A stretch of DNA of 64,000 nt from Raillietiella orientalis (Eukaryota): positions 1,302,001-1,366,000 of the forward strand of contig JAYWIR010000036.1 in assembly GCA_036172245.1 (NCBI GenBank), written 5' to 3'. This document shows positions 25,551 to 36,552 of the stretch, piece after piece. The stretch's first letter is position 1. Each line of letters begins with the position of its first letter. Position numbers and translations under genes: made by a program. A model generated the notes under the pieces. The model was not told the origin of the DNA, did not search any database, and saw only the letters and a program-made list of their open reading frames with translations.

Positions 25551-26448
25551 TTTTTTTTTTTTTTTTGGTTCGCTAAGTGCGCCTCAAGAGCCGGTCGCGT
25601 GCCTCGCGGAGAACGTGGCCCTTTTAAACACACTGTTTTGTCTACACGCCACTCCGCCTGCGGCAGTTCTCAAGGGGGGGAGTGTAAATTCTTCAGGATA
25701 GGGGCCACCCCGGGATGGAGGGATCCGCCCTATGAATCCAGGAAGGGCTCGGAGTCCGTTCCTCTCACGCTTTGGGAAGGATTCCCTTCATCCGGGGGGG
25801 ATCGCACCTCCCACCCTGGTTGTCTCCGAAGGGGAACCCCGAAGGGAACCTCCTTCCTCATTCTCTCCGGAGGGAAACCCCCTAATGGAGGAGGGTCCTC
25901 TCCGTTTCAACTTCTCCGAAGGGAACCCGGAAAGGATCCGCTTCTAGGAATTTCTTCTCCGGAGGGAACCCACAAGGGAACCGCTCCTGTTCACTCCTCT
26001 GAAGAGAACCCCGAAGAGACGCTTCCGAAACTTAGAAGGGGCGCTGCAGCTTCCCGCAGGGAATCGCTCTCGCTTGCTTCCTTGTGCACACTCTGTGAAG
26101 AGGCGACGACTCGGAGAGACCCCCCAACCGGGGGGGTCCGCTCCTTTCAACAACTGGATAGGTGCCTGTGAAGGCTCCTGCTCCATGTTGAAACCGGAAG
26201 GATCCCCCCGGTGAGGGGGATCCGCTCTCCGTTGCATGACAGGAGGGGGAACTCCCCATTCCTTTATTCCTGGAAAGACCCGAATGTCCACTCCCATTGC
26301 TCCGGCCTTCATCAGGGGCCTCCGGCTTAAACGACCACCGGTGCCACACCCGAATGTCTCGGCCAACCAGCGCCATTGCAGGGGAAACTCGGAACTCAAC
26401 GACGCAGTGGCGTCAGTTTCTGCCGGAGTACTCGAACCCGCGACGCAT
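25551..26448 (-). mobile_element. SINE-like family copy S2 (head type B, poly(A) tail)
   Basis: Minus-strand GGTTCGAGT B-box-like motif at 26430-26438; 26361-26443 matches 57368-57450 in inverted orientation at 76/83; internal ~42-bp repeat array 25823-26040; T16 run at 25551-25566 would be the poly(A) tail. Confidence 0.8.
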
Positions 26449-26799
26449 GGGGGGGGGGGGGGGAGAAGGAGTCGGCGCCGCCGTTACACGGGGAACTGGA
26501 GATTCCCAGGTTCCCTCAGCCGCAGGTCTGCGTGGACTCTGGAGGCAACCTCCTCCCTTCCCCAGGCCTCTTTGCCGGAGCCCCACCCGTTTCAATGACC
26601 TCTTCGAGGGATAACCTCTCGCCGAACATCCGAGGCCCATCGCCGCACCATCGGGGGGGAGTCGCCAAAGGACGCGGCACGCCCACCTTCGCTCGGGAGC
26701 GATCCTGGCTCCAGCAGGACTCCCTCGGAAATTCCCTTTCGTAGCCGCTCGGATCACGGAGGGAGACTCGTGTCATGGAGATGACGAGAGGACTGGAAC

Positions 26800-27250
26800 G
26801 CGGCTCAGACCTCGTGTGGACGCCCCAAGCTCGGACTACCCGTGCGCGGGAGGCTCTGTCCAGGGAGTCTCTCCCCATCCCTGAAGCTCCAGCCCGTAGA
26901 GGCGGATTCCAGGGAAGCGCTCTGGTTCCTCGCAGCCTCGGCAGCGCTTCCTGCGTTCCCTTCTGCGGGGATGGACCGTCGCTGAGAAGGTACGTCGAAG
27001 GAGGACTCTTTTGTGAGGGAACCGCCGCGGTCCACCTCTTCGGCCCCCTCTCGCCGTCGCCAACATCGGATGGCACCGTAAGGGGGTTCCTCACCGCTCA
27101 TCTTCCTCTCCTGTGCATCGTTTCTTGCCTTTGGAGGTTGGAATCGCTTGCGGCTGCAGGATGCGAGAGGTCAAGGACAGGAGGCCGCTGGACAGTTCTG
27201 TAGGGACTCCTCTGAGTGGATGTAGAGCATTCTGCTCTCCGCAAAGCTGG
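26800..27250 (+). mobile_element. Decayed C-terminal Cys/His region of a LINE ORF2
   Basis: LFCEGTAAVHLFGP resembles the CxxC..ETxxHLFxxC C-terminal zinc-finger of L1/Tx1 ORF2. Confidence 0.35.
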
Positions 27251-27499
27251 AGTGAGGCGCCGACACAAGTAGCCTCCATCCCTCCAGGCGCTGGTGAGGG
27301 TGAGGCGGGCGAACCTAGCCGCGATGTTTCAGGTAACTACCCCCCCCTCCTTCTTCCCTCCCCCTCACGTCTTTTCTTGCCCGTGAGCTGCGTGTTCTTT
27401 CTGCTCTGGACCACAGGATGGACAGCTTCTGGCGAGCCGCGAGAGTTCAGAGATTGAGCGGATCACCACTCACAGGACTTCCGCCTCCGACCGCACCAT

Positions 27500-30400
27500 C
27501 GCTGCTCGCAGAACAAGAAACAGGGTGGTACCCTTCGTGTCCCTAGAGATCATCTCCGACACTAGCAATCCGATACTGAGCTAGCCGCAAACTTTGCAGC
27601 GCCTGCAGGCAAGCCAACTCCAAAGTAGTCGCTGCGTTCAGCCACTTCCTGAGATTCCCCTCTCGTTCCGGGCACAACCAGGAGTCGGGCCAGGAGAGAT
27701 GAGGTCCTCCGTTTCTGAATTCTTGAACATTCGGTCTCCGAACTCTTGCCATTCCCCCGGGGAAGCGAAATGCACCCGCTGCCACCAATCTCACAACAGT
27801 TACCATGGTCGCATCACATGCTGATGCTGCGATGGAAGGACCGAGCTTCACAGGACCGAGCGACGACCTTAAACATCCTTGAAGGATTCTCTAGGCCCCA
27901 GAGGTAATCGTGAACTGGAGACTTGACACTGGCTGTGAAAGACTCCTCCAAGCCTTGAGATGCGAGGTCAAACCCCTTGAAGCCTCTGTGCACCTTCTGT
28001 GCCATTAACACAGCAGCCCACAGTACCATTCGCAGTCTTCGGCGACGCCATTCGCGATGGCATTCGCAGCGACAGCCCTAATGGCATTCGTCGGGGCCTT
28101 CGCACCGGCGTCTACCACCACCGACAGTCGCGGCGACATCCGCGGCGACAGTCGAGCTGACATTCGCGATGACATTCGTACTGACGGTGACAATAGAATT
28201 CGTAATGTCTTTCTCTACAGCATTCGCGTAAAATGGATAGTCGAGTCCATTGTCCACAGACTGTCCACTCACCGCCACGTCGAGTAAATCGGCTATAAAG
28301 CCAAAGGGGATTTCCGGTTCGAAGACACACATCGGGGAGCGCACGCCGCCGGAGAAGCGGCGCATCTCGGACTGGCAGCTGGTCGCTCGGGAGCAGATCC
28401 CGAAACCAAGGCTCAGTGCCGGTGCTCAGTCGCTTCCAGGTTCCTCTGGGAGGAGAGGGCAGCAAAGCTCAGCCGAAAAGTCCACGTGGAAGATCCTAGC
28501 CACGCCCGGTACGCGCCTTCCGGCGGCAGCCGCGCGCGCAAAGTGACGCGATAGCCACGCGCCACCTCCGACCTCTTCAGCAGTGAGGTCGGTACCACCT
28601 GAGCGGTCCTCCGAAGCGTCTTCAAGCGTTCGCGCCCTCGCCAGAAGTTATCCCAGAGCCTTACTTAGATCTGAGGCGATCCTCTGTCCACATCCCCTTC
28701 TTTCAGAGAATGCAGAGAACCGCAGAGCGAGCTGGTCGACCGCTGTCGGCTCGGGGAGCGTGTGCATCGGAATTCCGTGAACGCGCGCACGCACACGGAA
28801 CCCGCTCTCGCAGCGCACAGCCTGCTCCTCCCTCACAAGATCCCTCGCAGATCCCAAGATAGTTCCTCACTCTTCTAGGATGCCAAGGATGCCTCCCTAA
28901 TTGCTCTTCTTGAGAAACTCCCATCAGAAAGCCCGACGCCTGCCAAAGTCGCCCGTGTCCGACCGGAAAATCTTCCACCTCGCAGCTGAAGCTCCAATTA
29001 AACCAGGCTGGGATGGGAGGCCAGATGCCTAGAATTCCCTCGGCAAGGAGAGACAGTGAAGGATAGGGAGCGCCGGGTCCTCGGAGAGCCAGTAGAAGGA
29101 TATGACCTGCGAACCGCCTTCTTTTCAGAGAGCGGTTCGGATGGCGTTCGAACGCCATTCCTCTTCCTTCCCCTCTTCTGCTCCCAGGCCGCAGGGAGAC
29201 CGAGGACCGAGAGCAACTCCCTGCGAGCTGGGAGTGTCACAGAGACCGGCTCCGTGAGTCCCGGAAAAACGAGAACGTTCCCTAAGGAAGAAGAGTGGCT
29301 TCCTGACGTGGCACTGGGAACCGACCATCATCTGGAACACTTTTGTTGCCCCCCCTCCCTCCGTGCGCTGCTTTTTGTTTGCCCCTGCTTCCGCCTTTGG
29401 TGAAAATCCGAATGCAGCGCTCCCTAAGGAAAGTCCTTAGATCCCGGATCCGCCTGAAAGACTTGGTGGCACTGGTCAAGTCTTGACCATCCTCATGATC
29501 GGGCGGCTGGCGCAGTTCCCTCTGTCGGAACTCTGCATCCAAACTGTGGACCTCTCCATATCCGCTTCGGAGAGCCTCGTCCTCCGGAGATGCGCGGGAA
29601 ACTAGGGATTTCTTTCGCTGTTGCGCACCCGTCATGGGACGAGTGGGTTTGGGCACACCTCCTGAGGAAGAAAAGCGCCTTCCAGCCCTCTGCTGGAACC
29701 CGTGATCTCCTGTTGGCCAAAAGGCTGTAGCGCCTGGCGGCAGGAGTCCTGGGTTGATACTCTAGAAGTGCGCCCAGGGCAACCCCTCTGCAAACCGCTG
29801 AAATATCTCCTGCTGGACTGGACGAAGGTGATGCGCAAGGCCTTGTGCCTCCGAGAGAAGGCGGGACAGGAATGAAGTCTCTACAGGAATCTGAGGAAAT
29901 CCTAGCTGCGCGACAAATCCTGGAACTCATCGAAGACTGGGACAAGTGGCCCTTTGTGGCTCCCCGAGCCTACTCGGAGCTGCTGGACAACTCGAATGGT
30001 CTCGGCGCTCACGGGCAAGGCCCTAGGCTGGATTGATGTCAATCCCACTTGGAAGAGAAAGCAGGCACTGGTGAGGAGGGTCAACCACCTGAAAATCGCG
30101 CCTCGAAGCAAGGAGATTCAGAAAGTAGAATCGGCTTCTGTGATTTCCTGCCTCCTCCTTGTTTTGCAGGGACGCAGCTATGGATGCACTGCAGGCCGAG
30201 AGTGAGAATACAGGACAGTGAACACTTCGCCACCAGTGGCAACCTAAACCATATGCGGATGCTCCAGTACTTCCAGGAAGATACACCCACCGGGCATGCA
30301 AGCCGTGTGGATACACCAGAAAAACGCGTGGCACCGATTGACCATGAAAACCTTCAAAAGCCTTCTTCACACTGGAAGGCAACAAGTTGATGCCCTCTCA

Positions 30401-31800
30401 CTGCTGCCAGCCCTCCGCCTTTTATTTTTTGTTTGCCCTCCCGCTCGTTCGGTGAAGATCCATACGCAGCGCCTCCTACGCAAATCCTTGTGAGGCGCTG
30501 CAAGGTCTCGGATCCACTTGAGAAACTTGGTGGCGCCAAGCCAGGACGGCGGCTTGGGCATCCTGACCATTCATAAGATCGGACTGCAGGAGCAGTTCCC
30601 ATCTCTCTCCCTATGTGGATACAAGGCACTCCACGTCCTCCACCGAAGCGTGGAGGAGGCAGAACTTCTTTCGTTGCTACCGGGCAACCTACCCCGGAGG
30701 ACTGGATGCAGCTATCCCCTGAGGCATCGGTCCTCCCACCCTACTGCTAGCCCATCCGTGGATCTCCTGCCGCCCCATCAACTGGAATGCCTGTCGGCAG
30801 GAGGCTCTTGAGTCCTGGGTGGCCACTTTGGAAGTGCTCCCAGATGAACTGCGACCACTGCAGGGCCTCCTACGCAAACCGCTGGGAGATCCTGCAAGAT
30901 TAGACGCAGTGGCCCGGATAGCCGTCATTCCCCTTGCCGCAGCGCTGTCTGCCCTCAGGGCAAGCAGTGACATCAGCCAACCGACGGGATGGGAATTATC
31001 CTGCAACACTGCAGGAGTCGAAAAACTCCTGGACATCTGCAAGACGAGCGATCCGGTGGGCGCCGCCCACTCCTCGTTCTCGGGAGAAGGGAACTCCTTC
31101 GATGGAGCGACCTGCTCGCTCCCTCCCTCCGGAAGAACTCTCAGTCCTTCCCTTGCGCGTGGACGCTACGGCGCTCCCGTTACTGTGGAAACGGGACGTT
31201 CTGCCGTTTCCGCACTGGGGATTCTAGTGCTACCAGCGTGCAGGCACCCAGTTTCCCGGGGAGTTGCGTCCCCTAACTGCTACAGGAACGTGGCGATGGG
31301 ATCGTCCCCGCACCTCTCCCACTGAGCCGCAGCCCCTCGCTGGCATTTGGCGGCGACTCGCGTCGGCGGCCTGCCAGCCGCAGGGCACCGCATGGGACCT
31401 GCTGCTGAGATTTTTCAAGGAAGGACGGGCTCACGGCAGGTGCCGTGATGGCAGCGAGATGCTAGCGCATCCGTGCCATCTCGACAGGTCACTGCGTGAT
31501 GGAGCCATCGTGCTCAGCGAAGGGAGGCACCACACCCACATGGAGGCCTCCTTCCAGAGGACAAGGGCTGCGAGGTGAACTCGCTCGGAGCGACGAGTCG
31601 CCGGTGAGGTCGCAGCCACACGGAGCCGGTTCTAGGGAAGACCCCTCTTCTCACTCTCCCCGTCTTTATTTACTGTCCCCTCCCTCCCATTACGGACCGC
31701 CCTGAAAGCTGGGCTGAGTGCAGGTGGCCATTCCCGTTGGGCTCGATTCCTTTATGGAGACTCAGCCCCCAACTCGCGAGTATTTTTTTTATATGTTCCG
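27500..31800 (+). mobile_element. Decayed L1/Tx1-like element with ORF1, endonuclease and RT remnants
   Basis: KCTRCHQSH knuckle remnant (~27770), SVNAR (~28775, cf. SxNVRG), GTDHH (~29320, cf. SDH), SPAGLD (~29806), GKALGWID (~30013, cf. KAFDxVD), DGGLGI (~30545); 30400-30440 resembles 60680-60725 at nucleotide level. Confidence 0.55.
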
Positions 31801-34800
31801 AATTGACCAGGTTGCAACCATCCACCCTTCCCCCGCATGCGGCGCGCCCCCTGCCTTCGGGACCCAACAAGAAATCCGGGCTGGCGTACCACGGGTACCG
31901 TCGAGACCGAGCGAGGCTCAGCTTCGGAGCTCCCCCTGCTGGGATGCAGACCGAAACGTGTTTTCCATGGTCCCCTGACAAGGTTGATCAGGGAGACGCG
32001 GGATCCCGAGAGGGAAGCCCCGTGCTCCTCCGAGCAGCATCCGCGGGCTGCGGCATGATATTCAGAGGAGAGCGACAGGAGGCGGCGGCAAGGCGAAGAG
32101 GGAAAGTGGAAGCGCGTTCTATCGGGGTAAGGAAGAGATGAGGGAAGACGGGGGGGGGGATGAGGAGGAAGGGGCAGCCTGACTGGCGCGCTCGCGCCCT
32201 TGCGGAGGCGTCGGAGTCTGGACGTTTCATCTCCTTGAAGGACTCGGTCCCGGCGAGCTCCGACCCGAGCAGCAGCTGCCTGGATCCCCTGCGCTTCCCG
32301 TTTGCGAGGTTGCGGGACCCTGGATCGATAGGAAAGTCGGCTAATGACCCTGCGGCCCGGAAGTCCGGGCAGCCTCTTCCACAAAGCGCGCATCCTCGGG
32401 AAGGGCGCAGGCGCCGGAAGCACCCGGCCGGAGTCAACGGACAAGAGAGGAGGCGCGAGAGGTGCAGCACACGACATTCCCTCCTCCCCTCCCTTCCCGC
32501 TTTCGGAAGGATCTGCCGAAGAACGATGCGCTCCCGAACACCCGCCCACGCCTCGTCACATGTCAGGAGTATGCGCTCTCGCACCGGCGAACCCTCCACC
32601 AGCACGGACTGCGGGAAAAAGGCTGCGGGCAGCCCACGAAGGAGGTTTAGGTCACGCCTTTGCCATTCCCCCGTGCCGCGAGGTAGCAAGCACGCTCCTC
32701 CTTTCGCTTCCTGCTCTCGAAAAGGGACTGCTCGCCATGGCAACTGCTGAGACCGGTGTTCCGCTCCCCCTGCCGTTGACTCGGGGACGACTCCGAGGAT
32801 GGAGAGGCAGCTTCGAAGCAGTGGTGAGATCAGGGTGCTGTTGTCCGCCTCCTCCCTCGAATTCGAAAGGAGGTCTCCTCAACACCCAGGGGACAGCAGA
32901 AGCCGCTTCCTGACAGTCCCAGGGGAGCAGCGCCACCAGAGAAGTGCTGCCAGGCGACGGAAACTCGCAGAGAGAACGCTGGATCCCTTCTTGCTGCCTT
33001 TGCGAGCGAGGACCGCGCCTGTGGACGCATGGGACTGCGACCTCCGGGTCGGCGCCGCGGCTCGACTCCCGTCCTCCGCATCTTCGCGGATGCTCCTCCG
33101 CGGACGACTGGAACCTCCCCACATTCGTCCCTCCGCATGAGCCCTTCGCATCTGGTCCAGGGAACGGCTCATTTCCTTCCATTCCCTTGCCCCTGCCCCC
33201 CCTCTTCCACGCTCATCTAATGGGTGGAGTTTCCTAGGAGCTTCCCATGAGATGAGAGCGCCGCCGGTCGGTTCATCAGTAGGCGCCACCCTTGGCGATG
33301 AGCGTCGAGGGAAGGGCGTCGATCTCTCGGCTTTCCTTTCCACATGACCACCTACGCGGAGCTCTCGGAAAAGGACGACCTACGGAGGACGTTGCAAGTC
33401 CCCCCCTACCGATCCTTGTCCTTGCTCGCCACCGCAAAACGGGCGTCCGCGTGCCTCCTCCTCTCGCTGAGAACATCAGTTCTGAAGACCGCCCGCAGCC
33501 TCAGGTAGTAGCAGCTGTTTCCTGGCTGCGCGCGCTCCTCGGGAGCGCCTCGATGGGCGACGGCGCAGCCCGTCACCCGCCTTCTTCCTGGCTCGGGAAA
33601 TCCATGACCAGAAAGACGAATGACCCCGTCCCTTCCAGAAGAACACCTCCTGGCGGCGTCGATGCGTGCGAGTTGGGCGCTGGAGTCCTCTTTCGGCGAG
33701 CGCCGCCTCCTCTTCTGGGATTCCGGAATGGCGTCACATTCCTTCTACTTCGCGTCAGAGGATGGAAAGGAAGTCCAACAAAATCTCTAATCCTTGCTCT
33801 TTGCCATTTCGTACGGGCGTGCGTGCTCCCCCCAAAAAAAGGAAGCAGTGCTGAGAAAGCGCCTCCGTGTATGCCTCGATGAGGCATCATCTGAGCGCAG
33901 GTGGAAAGCCAAGTATGACCACCGACGTGGAGTCACGCACGCCCAGCAGTTTCTCTCCATGTGACCACGGTTGTGGCGCCATATGCTGTCGAATGCGGTA
34001 CATCTGCTCTCATTAACAGTCTGAAAAGAACTGGAGTAACTGGGCTGTTTTTAGAAATGCATCCGAAACATCTTGGGGTCGCAAGCTGTGAGCTCATGCT
34101 GCAGAAGAATTTAGTGACTCATTCAGATGACTCAATAACTGCCACTGCAGGCATCCCCGTAGAGAGCTAAGGCATCACTGACGCGGCTGCCTGCAGCAGT
34201 GTGGCTCCTACCTCTGGACAAGGTCATCTCAAGGCCACATGGTAGGTCCTTTTGTCCTTCCTCTCGCTGACATCTCCGTTCAGTACGCTATCTGAAGTCC
34301 CCTGCCTCTGGTCAGCACCCATTGGGCACCCACAAATCTTGACCCGTGATTCCGTCTTTACCTACAGCTTCTCCTGCAACGCTCCTTCCTCTTTTTCTCG
34401 GGGAAGGAGCAGGAGCGGTTGACCCTACGACGGGGGGTAGACTTCGGGGAGTGAATCCGCGGAGAATCCTGAAGGGTCAGGGGTTTGTCGGAAGGCTCAC
34501 GTCGCACGAAGGACGTCTTTCTAAAGAACCCGCGGGCGTCCAACTCTGTCTAGGGTCCGCCTTCTTCCGCCTCTGAGCCCGGAAGGTGTAAGCCAAGAGA
34601 ACCAGGAGCTGGAAGGTAACGAAAGGGACAGGAGAGGACGACGGATTTCTCCGTGGAATGCAGTTTCGCCTGGGGTCACTGTCAGAAAGGGATTGCCGGG
34701 AAGGGTCTGTCACGAGGTGAAACCCGCCACACAGTGACTCCCTCTTCTTCTGCCCCTTCTGCTTCCGCGCATCCCTCGGTGATCCTTGGCGACCGAAGAT

Positions 34801-35149
34801 GCCACCCGATGGCGGGAATCCTGAAATTCTCTATCCCTCTTTCCTTCCGCATTCGATCCGTAGGGACGCGGGGTCCCGAGAGGCCTGCTCCTCGCAGCCT
34901 GCAACCCTTTCATCATGGTAGACGCATCCACTTCGGGACGCTCGGCTCCACCTCTCTCGCTGAGGCTTTCCTCCTCTTCCTTTTGGTTGCCTCCGTCCCG
35001 GGCAGCAACTGTCCTCATCGTGAGCGAGGATGGAGCGGGAGTGAGTGCCACTGCCCGCGGGAGCAGGGGGTCCCCCTCAGAAGGAGAGCGGAAGATAGGA
35101 GTGTGCCGCCATCACACCCCTCGGAGGGGATGCGTGTGGTGCCGCAGTG

Positions 35150-35530
35150 GCAGCATGAGGAGAGGGAAGGCGGAAGAAGAACCGTGGTGATGTGGGTGGC
35201 AACATCGGTGCGATGCTGGAAATGAAGGAAGAGCAGGGAAGGATGACGATGCTGGCGAGATGAGGAGGAAACGGGATGGTGCTGGTGGACCTGGTGACGC
35301 TCATCGAGGGAGGAAAAGAGGTAATGATGGTTGAAGCGATAGTTACAGATGATGATGATGACGATGCAAAGGCAAAGAGGAGGGAGCATGATAGGATGAG
35401 GAAGGAATGATGGTGGTGGTGGTGCCGAAGAAGAACGGAGAAGAGAGGTGTTGTGATCTCAAAGGCAGTGATGGAGGGAAGCGAGAAGAGGTTGTGCTGG
35501 CGACAACGCAGGCGATGACGACGCGAGAGG
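35150..35530 (+). repeat. Degenerate (GAT/GAG/GGT)n purine-rich low-complexity tract
   Basis: Contains GATGATGATGATGACGATG and TGATGGTGGTGGTGGTG. Confidence 0.75.
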
Positions 35531-36359
35531 AGGACGTTTCCATTCTTCCCCCTTTCCCGTCTTGTTTCCGTCTTCCCGTCTCACTGGACATAGGTGCACC
35601 TCTACCTCCCACAACTCCTGGGGGTGCATCTCTCGAGGAGCCGAAGACATTGCAGCATCCTCTCGCCTTCCTCTCTCCATCCACCAATCCACAACAGCGC
35701 TTGCAAAGGTAGAAGGGCCACTGCTGTCGCTGCAAAGTCGCCGTCGCGGTGTCGTTCCCTTCCCACGTCTTCGGCGAGTCACCTCGTCGTTATAGCGTGA
35801 GATCCGGACTCCTGGCGGTGAGAATGACCCTTGGTCCGGAAAGTCACCCGTCCAAGGAATGGGCATCTATCCATAACTGGAGTCGTCCTCCGCATCCCTG
35901 CCTCCCAGGCGTCTGTGCCATGTATTTGGCGAAAGGAGGGTAACCGAGGAGGCACCGGTGGCGTGCCGAAAGCACTCTACAGGGTCGGGTTGCTGGGAAA
36001 CAAAAAGGCGCTTCTAGGGGAAAGATGATATCCATCGAGTGCAGGAGGAGCCAGCATGGCAGACGCCGCCCGTGATCCGCGGCGCCGGCTTTTCTTGGTG
36101 ACCTAGTTCTGGTCGACGGTCCCATGCTGTTGGAAAGATGGAACAGACTGCTGATGGACTGGGTGTTTCTGATTCGACAGCTGTGGCGAGATCAAAGAAA
36201 AGCTGCAGATGCCTTGCATTAGCGAAACCGCACGACATCTCCAGCGAGGCAGCTCAGCAAGAAAATAACTGAAACCGAAGAAGGATGGTTTCATCTCAGA
36301 TGTCAAAGAATCTTTTTCCACCAGGACGTGAATGCCATCGGCGCTGACGAGACCTGACC

Positions 36360-36552
36360 TTTCTTGATCATTTTCCCCCCTCCTCCTCCCGTACACTGTC
36401 GTCATGAACGCGTCTTCTCCTGGTCCTTCTTCGCCTTTTATCATCACCACAGGCATCTCCATCCTTCCCTCATCCATTGCAGCCTCATCAGCATCACATC
36501 TCCTCCTCTTCATCATGAACCCTTCTCACCTCATTGTCTCCTTCTCATGCTG
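36360..36552 (-). repeat. Degenerate (ATC/CTC)n pyrimidine-rich tract (complement type of 35150-35530)
   Basis: TCATCACCAC, CATCAGCATCACATCTCCTCCTCTTCATCATG. Confidence 0.65.

Noticed and set aside
25823..26040. CRISPR-like repeat/spacer array
   Set aside because: Units are degenerate tandem repeats with short related linkers, lie within a dispersed SINE-like element in eukaryotic DNA, and no cas genes are present.
18400..31800. Giant ancient palindrome centred on E1
   Set aside because: Flanking LINEs diverge from E1, but distances are asymmetric, a plus-strand RT fragment intervenes at 22.7-23.3 kb, and no nucleotide-level mirror similarity could be seen.
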